A DNA stretch of 64,000 bases from Mytilus edulis (Eukaryota): assembly GCF_963676685.1 (NCBI RefSeq), contig NC_092346.1:44392001-44456000 (forward strand), written 5' to 3'. The notes under the pieces are model-generated. The model was not told the DNA's origin. It was given only the letters and a program-made list of their open reading frames with translations, and made no database searches. Positions 14,301 to 25,961 of this stretch are shown piece by piece; position 1 is the first letter of the stretch, and each line of letters opens with the position of its first letter. Both the position numbers and the translations under genes were made by a program.

Positions 14301-17300
14301 CTTTATATTTTTATTAATCTTTTAAAGACTTGCAATGGTCATTTTCATCTTATTGCAATGCGGACTGGTGTTCTATGCACTTTTATAAGATTTCATTGGT
14401 TTGATGAAGAAATTTACCTTTATCCTTTAGGGAAGGCTGTTTGCGCTCGTGTACATTTGTCAATTTTATCCTCATTATTTAAAACAAGAAATAATTTGAC
14501 GTTATTATAAGTCATTCTCTCTGTATTCATATGTATAAAGTTTTTGTAATATGGCCACTGAAAATCGAAACGTTTCTAGTTGTTTTATTTAATTATTTCA
14601 ATTGTTACCAATATAACAACTGTACCACTGAATTAACCGTGAGAGAAAAAAATAGTACTTACTTTATCAGTGTGTTCTTCCACTACGTATTTAAGTGACT
14701 TAGAATTAGTACATGGTTTGTTACCTGAAATAAAATAAATCGTTAAATAAATAGTCATTATACAAGGTGAAGTATTTGTGTCTCAGCAAACTAAAATGGG
14801 AGTAAACTTAAATAATTTAAGAGTGTTTGGATTCACTTTTGCTTAAAACTTCTTTTATATAATTTGTGGGATTTGTTTATTTTGTTTATCTTCTTGGAAT
14901 TTTAAATCTTTATTTTATTTGCATTTTTAAAGCAGTTTCTCGAAAAGAATAGAAGTTGAAACTATAACAAGTCATTTGGGAAAATATGTGAAGCACTTTA
15001 AAACTTGGTTAACTCAGCTTCATTCTGTTGTTTTCTGACCAAACGCAAAAGCCTGTAATTCAGTTGTTGATAGTTTGTTTCATTTTGCATGTGTAAAATG
15101 CTCATTTGTTTTACACCTTTTTGACCGTCGCGTCATATGTCAATTTTATATCTGTTCTTATGTTCTCTGTTGTAAGGTTGGGGTTGAGCGTCACTGATAA
15201 GTCTTTTGTAGTCGAAACGCGCGTCTGGCGTAAATATAAACTTCCAATCCTGGTATCTATGATGAGTTTATTGATGGTGTTGCAAAACTGAAAATATATT
15301 AAAAAACATTATATTTACATTTCCCTTAAAATATATGCAAATTTATGAAACATACGAAAAAAACCATTAAAACGAACTGTCATAAATATATATAATCCTT
15401 CGTAGCAAATGATAGCATGCCCAGAAGGTACATCTTAGGTAAACGTAACATTTTTTTTGTATTAAGCATAAAGTTACATTTACCTCTTAGAAGCCTAACT
15501 GGACACTCTGTCAAGATATTACGAAAGAATAATGGAATTTAAAAATATTTACCTCGGGCATTTAAAAACCACTTTGTTTGCTCTGGAGGTTCCAATCTGT
15601 TCTTCGCCTGTAAATATACATGTTTAAATAGTTCAAGTTTAGGACAAGAAGTTTCATGGAAAGAAAAAATGATACTAGTATACTCTAGAATATATATGAT
15701 TATCATCTAACGTTCTCAAAATGCAAGTTGATACGACATTCCCGGGATAGCGTTTCCTATTATCTTCCCTTGAGACATGGTCACAGCTTGATAGAGGGTT
15801 GAAGCTCTTAAACTAAGTGTTCCGAGTGTTAAGGTTGAAAAAATCTCTTAAAAAATCAACGAACGCCATCACGAGTTGATTGACCGTTTAGTGTCACAGG
15901 TGATGACGAATATAATTCAATCGTCATAACCACTATCCCCTCCATCCTTTTCCCAGAAAGTGCTCTTCCAAATAAGACTTACCGACGTCTTTGTACTTAT
16001 AAGAACAACATGAGGCGTGCCACATGTGGATCAGGATTTCATTACCTTTCTCTTTCTGTAGCGCTTGATATCAACCTCGTGTTTTCGTTGGGACATACTT
16101 TGGTTTTCTATGTTGTGTTTTGTATAGCTTTATTTGTTGTTTGCTCTTTGTTCTATTGTTCTCTTTTAATTTGCCATGGTTTTGTCAAAAAAAATTTCGA
16201 CTGTTCTAGTTTGGATGTCATTTTGGCATTTTTGCTTCTTTTTTATATTTTTTTTTTTGTAATCAAAGATTTTTTACAAATTTAATAGCATACATTTATT
16301 ATTTTCTAATATCAAAGATTTTATTGTTTCAGTTTGTTGTGATCAATGACACTTACTGGAAATTTGAATTCCGTCAATGAATGTTTAACTGTTTCAATTT
16401 GCAAGTCAATCCTATCTGTAAAACAAAGTAATCTATTAGATAACTCAGATTTTGGGCATCATTCGGCTGAAACAAAGTATTCTAATGAACAGACACGTAA
16501 AAACAAAAACTATACGACTTTTGACAAAAAGATTTAATAATTTAACATAAGAAAAAAAGTTGCCATAGATACTTCATTCATTGTTAACAAACAAACCAAA
16601 GCTCGTCATGTAATGTTGCCATTTTGGCGGTATATTTAACATTGCCATGAAGCGCAAGGTTTGGCTAGCCACAAAACCAGGTTCAACCCAGTGTGTTTAT
16701 TTAAATGTCTTGTACCAACTTAGGAATATGGCAGTTGTTATATAATAGTTCGTTTTGGTGTATGTTGTATTTTCGGTTTTGTTTGGTTGCACTTCAGTGT
16801 TCTTTTGTTTCCTTGTTTTCCTGTTATAGTTGATGTTTTTCTCTCAATCGATTGGTGACTTTTGAACAACGATATACTACTGCTGTCTTTGTTTACATTG
16901 ACTTTTGCTATTGAATAATAGTACTTTCATTGGCGATCATACCAAATATTTTGATATTGTTACTTTCAGTAAAGAACTCTATGAGGCTTGTGGAAGTTAT
17001 ACAATGCTCTACTTTTGAGTTATCGTGTATATACACCAAAAAATGTCTTGTTTAAAGAATATTACCTTCTTTGGAACGTGTGTTAACTTCGTATATAATT
17101 TGGAATTTCTGCTCCAAAAACTTCGGTTTCTTTAGGTATTCCTCCAAAGCATTTGCTATGTTACAGCACTGGTCAAAATAGATCTCAAACTGTGATTCTG
17201 TTATATTTGTATTTGTTAAATGACATAACTCGTTTCTAATTCTCATCAGCGTTGTTATAAGTATTTCAACATTGTTTTTCTCGTGAATATGTCGAAGAAG

Positions 17301-17567
17301 TACCGCTATGGTTGTTATGTCGAAAGGTCTGTATCCCGTTCTTGAAGCATTGCATATGAGTTCTTCTTCTCTTTGTGTAAATCGTTTCTTTAACTTGTTT
17401 TTAACTGCATTATAGTAGTCTTCTATTTTAGAATTGGCAATAGAATGATGTAAAAGTTCCCTGAGCAGCTCAGTCAAATCATCAAATATAATTTTGTTCA
17501 AAATAGATAAATACTTATTACACTCCAGTAGTATATAGTCCTCTGAAGACGTTATAGGAAACGGCAT
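11337..17567 (-). CDS. HEPN (DZIP3/hRUL138-like) - low-complexity linker - TICAM/TRIF-like TIR domain protein, about 656 aa, 6 coding exons
   Basis: Exons 17567-17066, 14724-14663, 14034-13931, 13422-12664, 12307-12201 and 11773-11337 are all GT-AG, phase-compatible and free of internal stops (1971 nt). Exon 1 has FDITTIAVLLR...RIRNELCH (DZIP3-HEPN signature plus Rx4H). The last exon has AVVLHSE..EDSHKA...KPGEMLL...IFVLLSQYY...NTCLVMSLE...RVIPVL, matching the TICAM-type TIR pattern. The ATG was chosen because an in-frame TAG lies just upstream, after the acceptor at 17623. Confidence 0.8.
15186..15232 (+). ncRNA. Degenerate hammerhead copy in intron 1 of the HEPN-TIR gene (antisense)
   Basis: GAGCGTCA-CTGATAA-GTCTTTTGTAGTC-GAAAC-GCGCGTC-TGGCGTA, with a G8A change and a damaged stem II. 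Further decayed copies lie at about 9324-9368(-), 20671-20716(+), 26860-26905(-), 27765-27810(+) and 54102-54125(-, truncated). Confidence 0.6.
15700..16060 (+). pseudogene. Highly decayed 3' fragment of a Penelope-like element, intronic
   Basis: aaatctcttaaaaaatcaacgaacgccatcacgagttgattgaccgt resembles the KSLxKFYGRHHxLVDRY thumb end typical of this element family. Confidence 0.45.
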
Positions 17568-18469
17568 TTTCACATTTTCAGGATTCCTTAAGAAATCCAC
17601 CAAATTCTAGAAAATATAACTACCTGAAATAAACGATGGCAAATTTTATAAACTGTGCCCAATGTAGATGGTGTTAGGTCAAACAAATTTAGCTGGAATA
17701 ATAAAACAATTGTAATTAACATGCATGATGTTTTTTTTTCACTTCTTTTTGCAACAATACTTTGTCCTTAACTTGTCTGCACTGCATTTAAAACGCTTGT
17801 CTAAAAATGTCATCAAAAACAATACGGTAAAACATTTGAAAAACAAGGAGCAGAAAAAGAAAACAGTTAAAATCTCTTGGGTTAAATTGCCGAAGTTTAT
17901 AACTGTTTCAACGTTTAAAGATGCTTTAAAGTTTCTTATCATGCATACATTGCGTGCCTTGAATAATTGGTACATCGTTGTTTTGCCTACCAATTGTTTT
18001 GACTTTAGTGCCACTCACTTATGAATAAGAAACGCGCCTCTGACAAACAAACATATTATTCCTGGTATCTAGGATAACATTTGTTTTCAATACTGGATCT
18101 TCCTGTCGGTAATATGCTATTAGACTAGCGTTTGTTTTCGTCAGCTTTTATATGGACTTCCCGCTTTTTCAATTAACAAGTTAAGATTTCAGTAGTGTTG
18201 TAAGAATATTTTTTTTCAATACCATTTCTGGTTAAACTTTCAGCTTTGAATGTATCACTACCGCAGTATTAAAGCAAAAATCTCCAGGGTTTGTTCATTT
18301 CTGTTAACTTACTGCTCACCGAATACTTAATTTATTCAAAAAGATACGGGTTTTTTTTCTACCCCAGGAATAGATTGACTACCTAGCCAGATTTGTCGCA
18401 TTCGTTTTGCGATTTCTTGTTTTTGAAGATCTTCAGTTTCGTATTGATTTTGATTTCAAACACTTTGAA

Positions 18470-21400
18470 ACGATTTGCGTCCCAAATGAGTCTGAATTGG
18501 ATGAAAATCGCAGCTAGTGTTTAAAAGGTGTAAACCACGAATCTTTCAACTTTTTTTAAATGCTCTAGAAAAAAAGAGCGAATTGATTTCGAATTGTATT
18601 TTTTTAAATTGCAGGGCACAAGCTTAAGTATTTGTCTGAAACACCCAAAATTAAATTGTCTTTCTTATCAATCATATATCAATATAGAAAAGTGACAAGA
18701 ATTGCATGCAGGCGAAAAAAATCACAATTCTAGTAGTTGTCAAAACTGTATAATAATAACATAGAAAAATAATCTATTTTAGATCATGTATATAAATATA
18801 GAAGTTTAAAAATAACCATTTCATGGAAATCATGTTATGATTAATGTAAAATATATCTTTTATATTTATTTGCTTCTCCTGTTAAATTTTTCACCAATTA
18901 ATATCTCAAGTTATAAAATTGTCACATTTTATAAAAAATATCCCTATCAAAATAGTATTCTTGACATTCGAGATTTGCTATGATTACCGACAAATAAACA
19001 TGACAAAGGTGACGACATCGACTAATATATAACCTCTAAATCCCTTTCCTGTGATAAATTGCCAATAAAAATGAAACTTGTACCTAATGATACTGAAATT
19101 AACATTTTTAATACACATGAAAAAACAACTTACCGACACATCTAAGATGCCTCTATTTAATTTAATTTGATAATTCCAAACATTTTGACAATGGTCCAAG
19201 AAAAGATCACGCCATAATAACATGTATAAACTTTAGGTGGGCGAAAATACCCAAAGTTATTTTAAGCTAAAGAGGCGCGAATTTCAAATTATTTGAATAA
19301 TTGATAACAAATATTATAGTTTTAAAAACATGTTATAGAATGGCATACAGACATATATACATCACATGATGTGTAGTTAATTTATTAGCCAAATGTTTAC
19401 GTTACTTTTAGATTCATAAAAAAGAACAGTGGCAAATATTCACATTCTTTGTATTAACCATCTTCTTTTTAGAATGTTTACTCCTTTTGCTGAATTACAT
19501 CTGAGGAAAAGTTTCACGAAAGAAGAAAGAGCGACTACAACATTTCTGAACTTGAATGTATCTCCTATATTCAAATCCGACTTTTTGTTTCCTAAAATTC
19601 ATTTTTAAACGTGTATCTGGCGTACAAAATTTTAATCCTGGTATCCCTGAGGAGTTTATTTGCTCAGTTAAATGTTGTATTACTTTTTTCTTGTCTATAT
19701 GTCACTAGATATGTCAATGATGGAGGTAATTTAAGGGTAACTAAATAAGTCACTAACTTCAATAAAGTACTTACAACAATGATTATTATTATTAACTACA
19801 TTTGTGAAGACCTTGCTAAAAGAGTGTGTTACTTTAAAGATGCATTAACTTGATAATAGTTATTACTATGAAACAATATAGATCTAGTACTTTATATTGG
19901 AACGTAGTTACAACGACTATTGCTACACTGCATATGTTTGGTCATATTTCAAACTATTTAGGTTAAACAAGTACATTTTAAATCATTAGACTGACATAAA
20001 CGAACAAACAAAAATACCTCATGGAGAAAAAATCAAATGTAATGAAGATGCCACTATTTTGTTTTATCAAATCCACTTAACCGCAAAGGAAAGTAAAAAA
20101 AACGGGGATAATTCGGTGATGTCCAGGTATAAAAAGTGTCTACGACAAGGAGGAAATATATCAGTAGTTATTTGTGACACTGATTATCCACACAGCCAAA
20201 TCATGATATAAAAATCTCTCTTGGAAAAAAATGTCTTTTGAATATATGCCACTTATTTTCTTTTTCACTAATCTGCTAATTCACAGAGGAAAGTAAGAAA
20301 TCAGGGGATAAGTCGGTGATGTCCAGGTATGAAATGTGACATATCAGTGGCTATTTGTGATAATCCATACAGCCAAATCATAATGGTGCAATTTCAACTG
20401 TACCTTTTTTATCCTCTCTTGATAGGAGAAAAATGCGCTGGAACATGGTTCCAACTGGGGGATAAGTATATATGTTAATCACCAAAGTTACCCTGATTCG
20501 TTAAATACATAAGACATTTTTAAATAATTCCAAAATACCCCCACCGGCTTCTAAGCAGATTGCTTTATATTACACTAACCATTCATCTTCATGTAAATGG
20601 TTTAAAATTTCCGCTTTTCGAGAAACTTCATATTGTAATGATTTCGACTTAAAACCCTTTTAAATGATTTGAGTGCCACGGATGAGTCTAAATTGGACGA
20701 AACGCGCATTTGGTACACAATAATTGTGAATATGGTATCTTTGAAAACGTATTTCTATTCTTAAGAAAAATAGAGATAACCAGTTTTGAATTTTAACTCC
20801 TTAATATTCGGAGCAGAAACTTGCTTTGGTGTCAAAACCAAAAATAACCCTGCCTTTAAACAACAAAGAGGTCATTGGAAATCGTATATCAATATAGAAA
20901 CCAGATGCTCCGCAGGACGCAGTTTGATACGACCGCAGAGGTCAAACCCTTAACAGTTGGGGCAAGTATGGACACAACATTCAAGCTTGATACAGCTCTG
21001 AATTTAGATTGTGATTAAATAGTTGACACAGAATGGATGTGTTCTAGGAACTTAACAAATTTAAATTGGACATTTACCTATTATGGTTATGGTCCAATAT
21101 CCAAAATCTAAAGACATGCTTAGATTCAGCATATCAATGAACCCCAGGAATTTAATTTTTGATGAAATCAAATAAAGTTCAATTTCGGACCGTTTAGAAC
21201 TCAATGTGTACCAATTTGATAAATGGGCCCAAATATCAAAATTCTAAATGCATGGTTAGATTCAGCATAAAAAAAGAACCCCATATATTCATTTTTTGTT
21301 GAAATCAAACAAAGATAAATTTTCAACCCTGATTTGAACCAACTTGAAAACTGGGCCTATCATCAAAAATCTAAGTACATCTTTAGATTCAGCAAATCAA

Positions 21401-23795
21401 AGAACCCCAAGAATTCAATTTTTGTAAAAAATCAAATTAAGTTTAATTTACCCTTTGGATATTAATTCCTAAACTGTTGGGACCAAAACTCCAAAAATCA
21501 ATCCCAACCGTCCTGCTGTGGTCATAAACCCTCAAATATTTCTATTTACTTATACTAAAGTTATTGTGCGAAAACCAAGTAAAAGCTTATTTGGGATTTT
21601 TGGACCCTAATTCCTGAGCTGTTGGGACCAAAACCCCGAAAATCAATTCCAACCTTCCTTAAAACCATGTGTTAAAATTTTATTAATTTCTATTTATTTA
21701 TACTAAAGTTATTATCCGAAAATCTTAGGACGACGCTGACGACGCAGATGACATGATACCAATATGTTACCAATATACAACCAAAATATTTTTAATTTTC
21801 GCGGTCGTTTAAAAGTGACAAAAAATAGAATGCATGCCTAATCATCGCAATTCTACTAGTTGTCAATGATAAAATTACCCACAAGAGAGAGACATTTTGT
21901 TTATGTTGTCTAAATATGTATATTGAAAAGTTTAAAAATAACCATTTCGTTGAAATCATATGACTTCATCATGATTCATGTAAACTTGTGACCTTTTATA
22001 TGTACTTCCCCGGTATGCATCTATTTTACATCATTAATTCTCACAAATTATAATTGCCACACATGATTACAATTGCAGTGTTAATTAAAACAATATTTTT
22101 GCATTCTGATATTTACTATGATAATACTGACCTCACAAGGGTGACGAAATCAACTAATATATGACCTCTTAATCGCCTTCCTATGATATCTTGCCAATAA
22201 ATATGAAACATATATCTGTATGTTATTGAAATTAACTACTAAGACCAAATAAAACTTACCGACACATCTATGATCTCCAAATAATTCAAATGGCTTGGCA
22301 ATGATTCCAGGAAAAGATCATGCCATTATAAAGGTCAACGGAATTTCCTAAAGTTATTTAAAGTTCTTTTAAAGGCGCGAATTTCAAATCACTTTAATGA
22401 TTGATAGTTTCAATTAGATATTACAGAATGCCATACTGAAATATACACATCATATGTGTAGTTAATTCGTTGACCAATCTTTTATGTTACTTTTAAATTC
22501 ATTAAAAGATCTTAAAAAAGAACTTCGTCTGATATTTACATTCTATGCTTAATATAAATCATCTGTTTAGTATTGTTACTGTTTTACTGAAATACCCTTA
22601 AAAGAAAGAGCAAAAATAACTATTCTGCACATGCATGTTTTTCTTATATTTAAATCCGAGAACTCATTTTAAAACGTGTGTCTAGCGTACAAGATTTTAA
22701 TCCTGGTATCCATTGGGTTTTAATTTATCAGTTGGATGTTGTATCATATTTTTTCACTGATCATGCCTATATATCAATCCATGGGGTATTTTTAACATTT
22801 AATAATTGACTTTCTTTCAATAAAGTTACAACAATAATTATCTTTAAGAAGACCTTGCTAAACTAAAGTGTGTTACTTTATAAATTTATTTACCAATCAT
22901 TGGCCTTTGTCAAGCAAGATGCATAAACACCATAGTTCAATTATTATCATCATGAAATATATAATTTTATTTGTTTGGGGTGTAGTTACAAGGACCATTG
23001 CAGTTGTTTGGCGAAGTTTTAACAATGTATTTTGGTTAAAATGGGTATATTTTAAATCATTAGACTGGCATTAAAGGATATATAAAATCCCTCTTGGAAA
23101 AAAAAGTCTTATGTCTATATACCGGTACTACTTTTTTTTACACCACAAAGGAAAGTAAGAAAACCGGGAATAAGTCGGTGATGTTCACTTATAAAATGTG
23201 TTTTACGACTAGTGGTTATTTGTGACACTAATTATCTTCACAGCCAAATCATGATTGAGCAATTTCAACTGTACCTTTTTATATCTCCTCTTATGATCTC
23301 TTACATAAATCTTGATAGGAGAAAAGCGCACTGGAACATGGTTCCAACAGGGGGATAATGAGGAAATATGGCATTGGACATAAATAGAGCTGAGAGTGCC
23401 AGCAGCCGATGATATCTCTTATAAACGGTCCTTTAATATCAATATTTTACAAAAAGATTCTACTTTTGTTGTAAATTCAAGAAAAACAAACACAAATGAT
23501 GAAATGTATTTTCAAACGTCAGTCTGTGTGTTATGTTAAAAATGTAGACTAGTAAGTGTTTGAAATGCCCTTCCATTGTTAGTTCGGCATAATAAAACAA
23601 TTGTGGCCCCTTAGAATCGATGAATATCCAAAATTGTCAACCCTCAAAAGTCATTTCACTCAGGGCTGCGCCCCCAATGAAATAACCTTCTCGTGTTGAC
23701 AATTTTGAATATTCACCTCTTCAACGGGCCATAATTGTATAATGTTAATCTCCCAAGTTACCCTGTTTCGTTATATACATACGACATCTTTATTT
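18470..23795. repeat. Old tandem segmental duplication (copy 1 about 18470-20530; copy 2 about 20660-23795, with two later insertions)
   Basis: Colinear shared blocks include atatcaatatagaaa (18676/20886), aacttaccgacacatcta (19127/22253), ggcgcgaatttcaaat (19274/22374), ggaacatggttccaac (~20440/23333) and aagttaccctg (~20485/23755). Confidence 0.85.
20899..21813. mobile_element. HINE/Helentron-like non-autonomous element with internal ~130-bp tandem repeats
   Basis: Absent from the sister copy of the duplication (empty site atatagaaaa|gtgaca near 18690). Subterminal inverted repeat acgaccgc/gcggtcgt. Internal repeats ttagattcagca..aaccc at about 21120, 21257 and 21383. Confidence 0.7.
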
Positions 23796-23980
23796 TAATT
23801 CGCTAATAACCATCGCAGACAATTAAGTACTATGCACCTTAACACTGGCTAAGCTTCTTCAACGGTCGTTTTTCAAGCATAGATTTCACCAATACAGTAT
23901 TCTGATTCCTTCCTATTGTGATAAAAAATACTTTAGGTGGTTTACCGATGTTCTGTAAATCCGATAAATTATGGTATTAA

Positions 23981-24253
23981 GGTGGTACCCAACGCTTTCC
24001 TTAAAATTAATTTGGTTTGTTTAATTTTCATAATATTATGACTAAGTATTTACTTTGACCCTTAAACAAAAATATAAAAATTTCAAAAATTTTGAACCAA
24101 CCGTTTTGTCAGAAAAATTACACTGGTTATATAGCAGTTTGACAAACACCAATTTTGATCATTGAGAAGCTTAATATTCCCTTTACAACACAACATAATT
24201 AAAACGTTTAGCTGACTTTACAGAGTTATCTCCCTGTAGAGTTAGGTACCACC
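23981..24253. mobile_element. MITE, TTAA-flanked (Kolobok-like)
   Basis: TTAA|GGTGGTACCCAAC ... GTTAGGTACCACC|TTTAA: TIR matches at 12 of 13 positions. Confidence 0.75.
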
Positions 24254-25559
24254 TTTAAAGAACAAAATTTAGTGAAAACAACGGCAATCGCATAAATTAC
24301 AAGGTTATAATAGGCAACATCAGTTTACCAATGTTCAAATACTAGTATCATAAATCCATTAAGAAGATACAGGTCAAGGTAAACGGAAAACGGAAGTAAT
24401 CGCATGAACTTCAACAATGAGCGAGACATTGTGCGTCGACGTGGTTATTAAGTGTCTCCTATTATTGGTACATCGATGTCAGAATCGGAATTAGGATGTA
24501 CTCGGAAAATTAACAGGTCAGACATTTATTTCTTGTATCTAAAGAAACAAGACCACAAAAACATGTTGCAAATATAAACTCATCACAGATCTCAGTATTG
24601 GCGCGCGTTGCAAGTGATTCGTACACAGACACATATCATTGGTCAACCAATTTTGCCTAATGACGGTGAAACTTGTACTAATCAATATATGTATATAATA
24701 TCCAGACATTTTATAAATATATATCTGGAAGTTGACAATTGATCTATGTGAAGGTTCTATATGTATTTTGCTGCATGTAAGTGAAGAAATGTTGTCCTAT
24801 GTGTATACTCACGACCTCTTTAAATATCAATTCGCTAATATCCTCTTTGATGCCCAGCATTTTATTAACATAAATGTGTATTTGTTGTTGGAATCAGTTT
24901 CACACCTTCTGTATTGACATGAATTATCATTGAAGTGGTCGTAATTATAATTTAATTGTTTACAAATCTTATATTTTTTTTATTTAAGTACTAAGGATTT
25001 CCTACCCAAGAAATAGATTACCTTAGCTAAATTTTGCAAAACATTTCGGAAAATTTTGTCCTCAATAATCTCCACCTTGGTACTATATTTGTTTTTTTCT
25101 TTTTTTTTTTTTAACTCGAGCATCACTGTCCAAAAGTAAAATAACAAATATACCAATCGCTGATGAAAATTCTTAAAATACAAAAGTTCCTAAGCAAATG
25201 GCAGAATCAAAAGTTCAAACGCATCAAACGAATGAATAACAACTTTCAAATCGCAAGTCCGACATACAAAATTCTAAGCAGAGTATTATGATGAGTTTAT
25301 CTTCACAAGTACGATTTTTCGTGACCTTAAACAATTGAAGTATGTTTACTTCGATTTCAACTGTCGTCATAGAAGCCTTTGTTTTATGGGTCAATCTTAC
25401 TCGTCACTTTTTCGATTTAACCTGGTTAATGGTAACCTTACTATTATACATGCTAAATTCAAAGATCGATTCCGTAGCGAAGTTGTTGCCAACATCTGTA
25501 ACATTTCCAATCTTTATAAAGTTACTAGGAATCAAAAGGTACCAGGCTGATAATTTTAT

Positions 25560-25603
25560 ACGCCAGACGCGCGTTTTGTCTACAGAAGACTCATCAGCGA
25601 CGC
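25560..25603 (-). ncRNA. Type I hammerhead ribozyme, core-mutated copy
   Basis: GCGUCG-CUGAUGA-GUC(UUCUGUA)GAC-AAAAC-GCGCGUC/UGGCGU. GAAA is changed to AAAA (catalytic G12 lost). Confidence 0.7.
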
Positions 25604-25917
25604 TCAGATCTAAAAAAAATAGAAAGCCAAAGCAAGTTCAAGGTTGAAGAGCATTGAGGACTAAAAATTCCAAAAAGTTGTGCCAAATACAGCTAAGGTA
25701 ATCTATGCCTGGGATGAGAAAATCCTTAGTATTTCGAATAATTTATATTTTTTCAAACAGTAAATTTATAAAAATGACCATATAAGTGATATTGGCGTCA
25801 ACACCGAAGTGCTGACTACTGGGCTGATGATACCCTCGGGGACGAAACGTCTACCAGCAGTTGCATCGAGCCAGTGGTGTAAAAAGTTATCAAAAGGTAC
25901 CAGGCTTATAATTTTAT

Positions 25918-25961
25918 ACGCCAGACGCGCGTTTCGTCTACATAAAACTCATCAGTGACGC
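25918..25961 (-). ncRNA. Type I hammerhead ribozyme, intact core
   Basis: The minus strand reads GCGUCA-CUGAUGA-GUU(UUAUGUA)GAC-GAA-AC(GCGC)GU-C/UGGCGU. Stem I is GCGUCA:UGGCGU, stem II is GUU:GAC, stem III is minimal and palindromic, and the cleavage triplet is GUC. Confidence 0.85.

Noticed and set aside
14418-14470. Extra exon in the HEPN-TIR gene
   Set aside because: Poor acceptor, and the phase is incompatible with the flanking exons.
25815-25862. Apparent plus-strand hammerhead (CTGATGA...GACGAAACGTC), which would make the unit ambisense like a viroid
   Set aside because: The second unit reads CCGGTGA at this position, stem II lacks the closing pair and stem III has no loop. It is better explained as a hairpin arm with a chance substitution.
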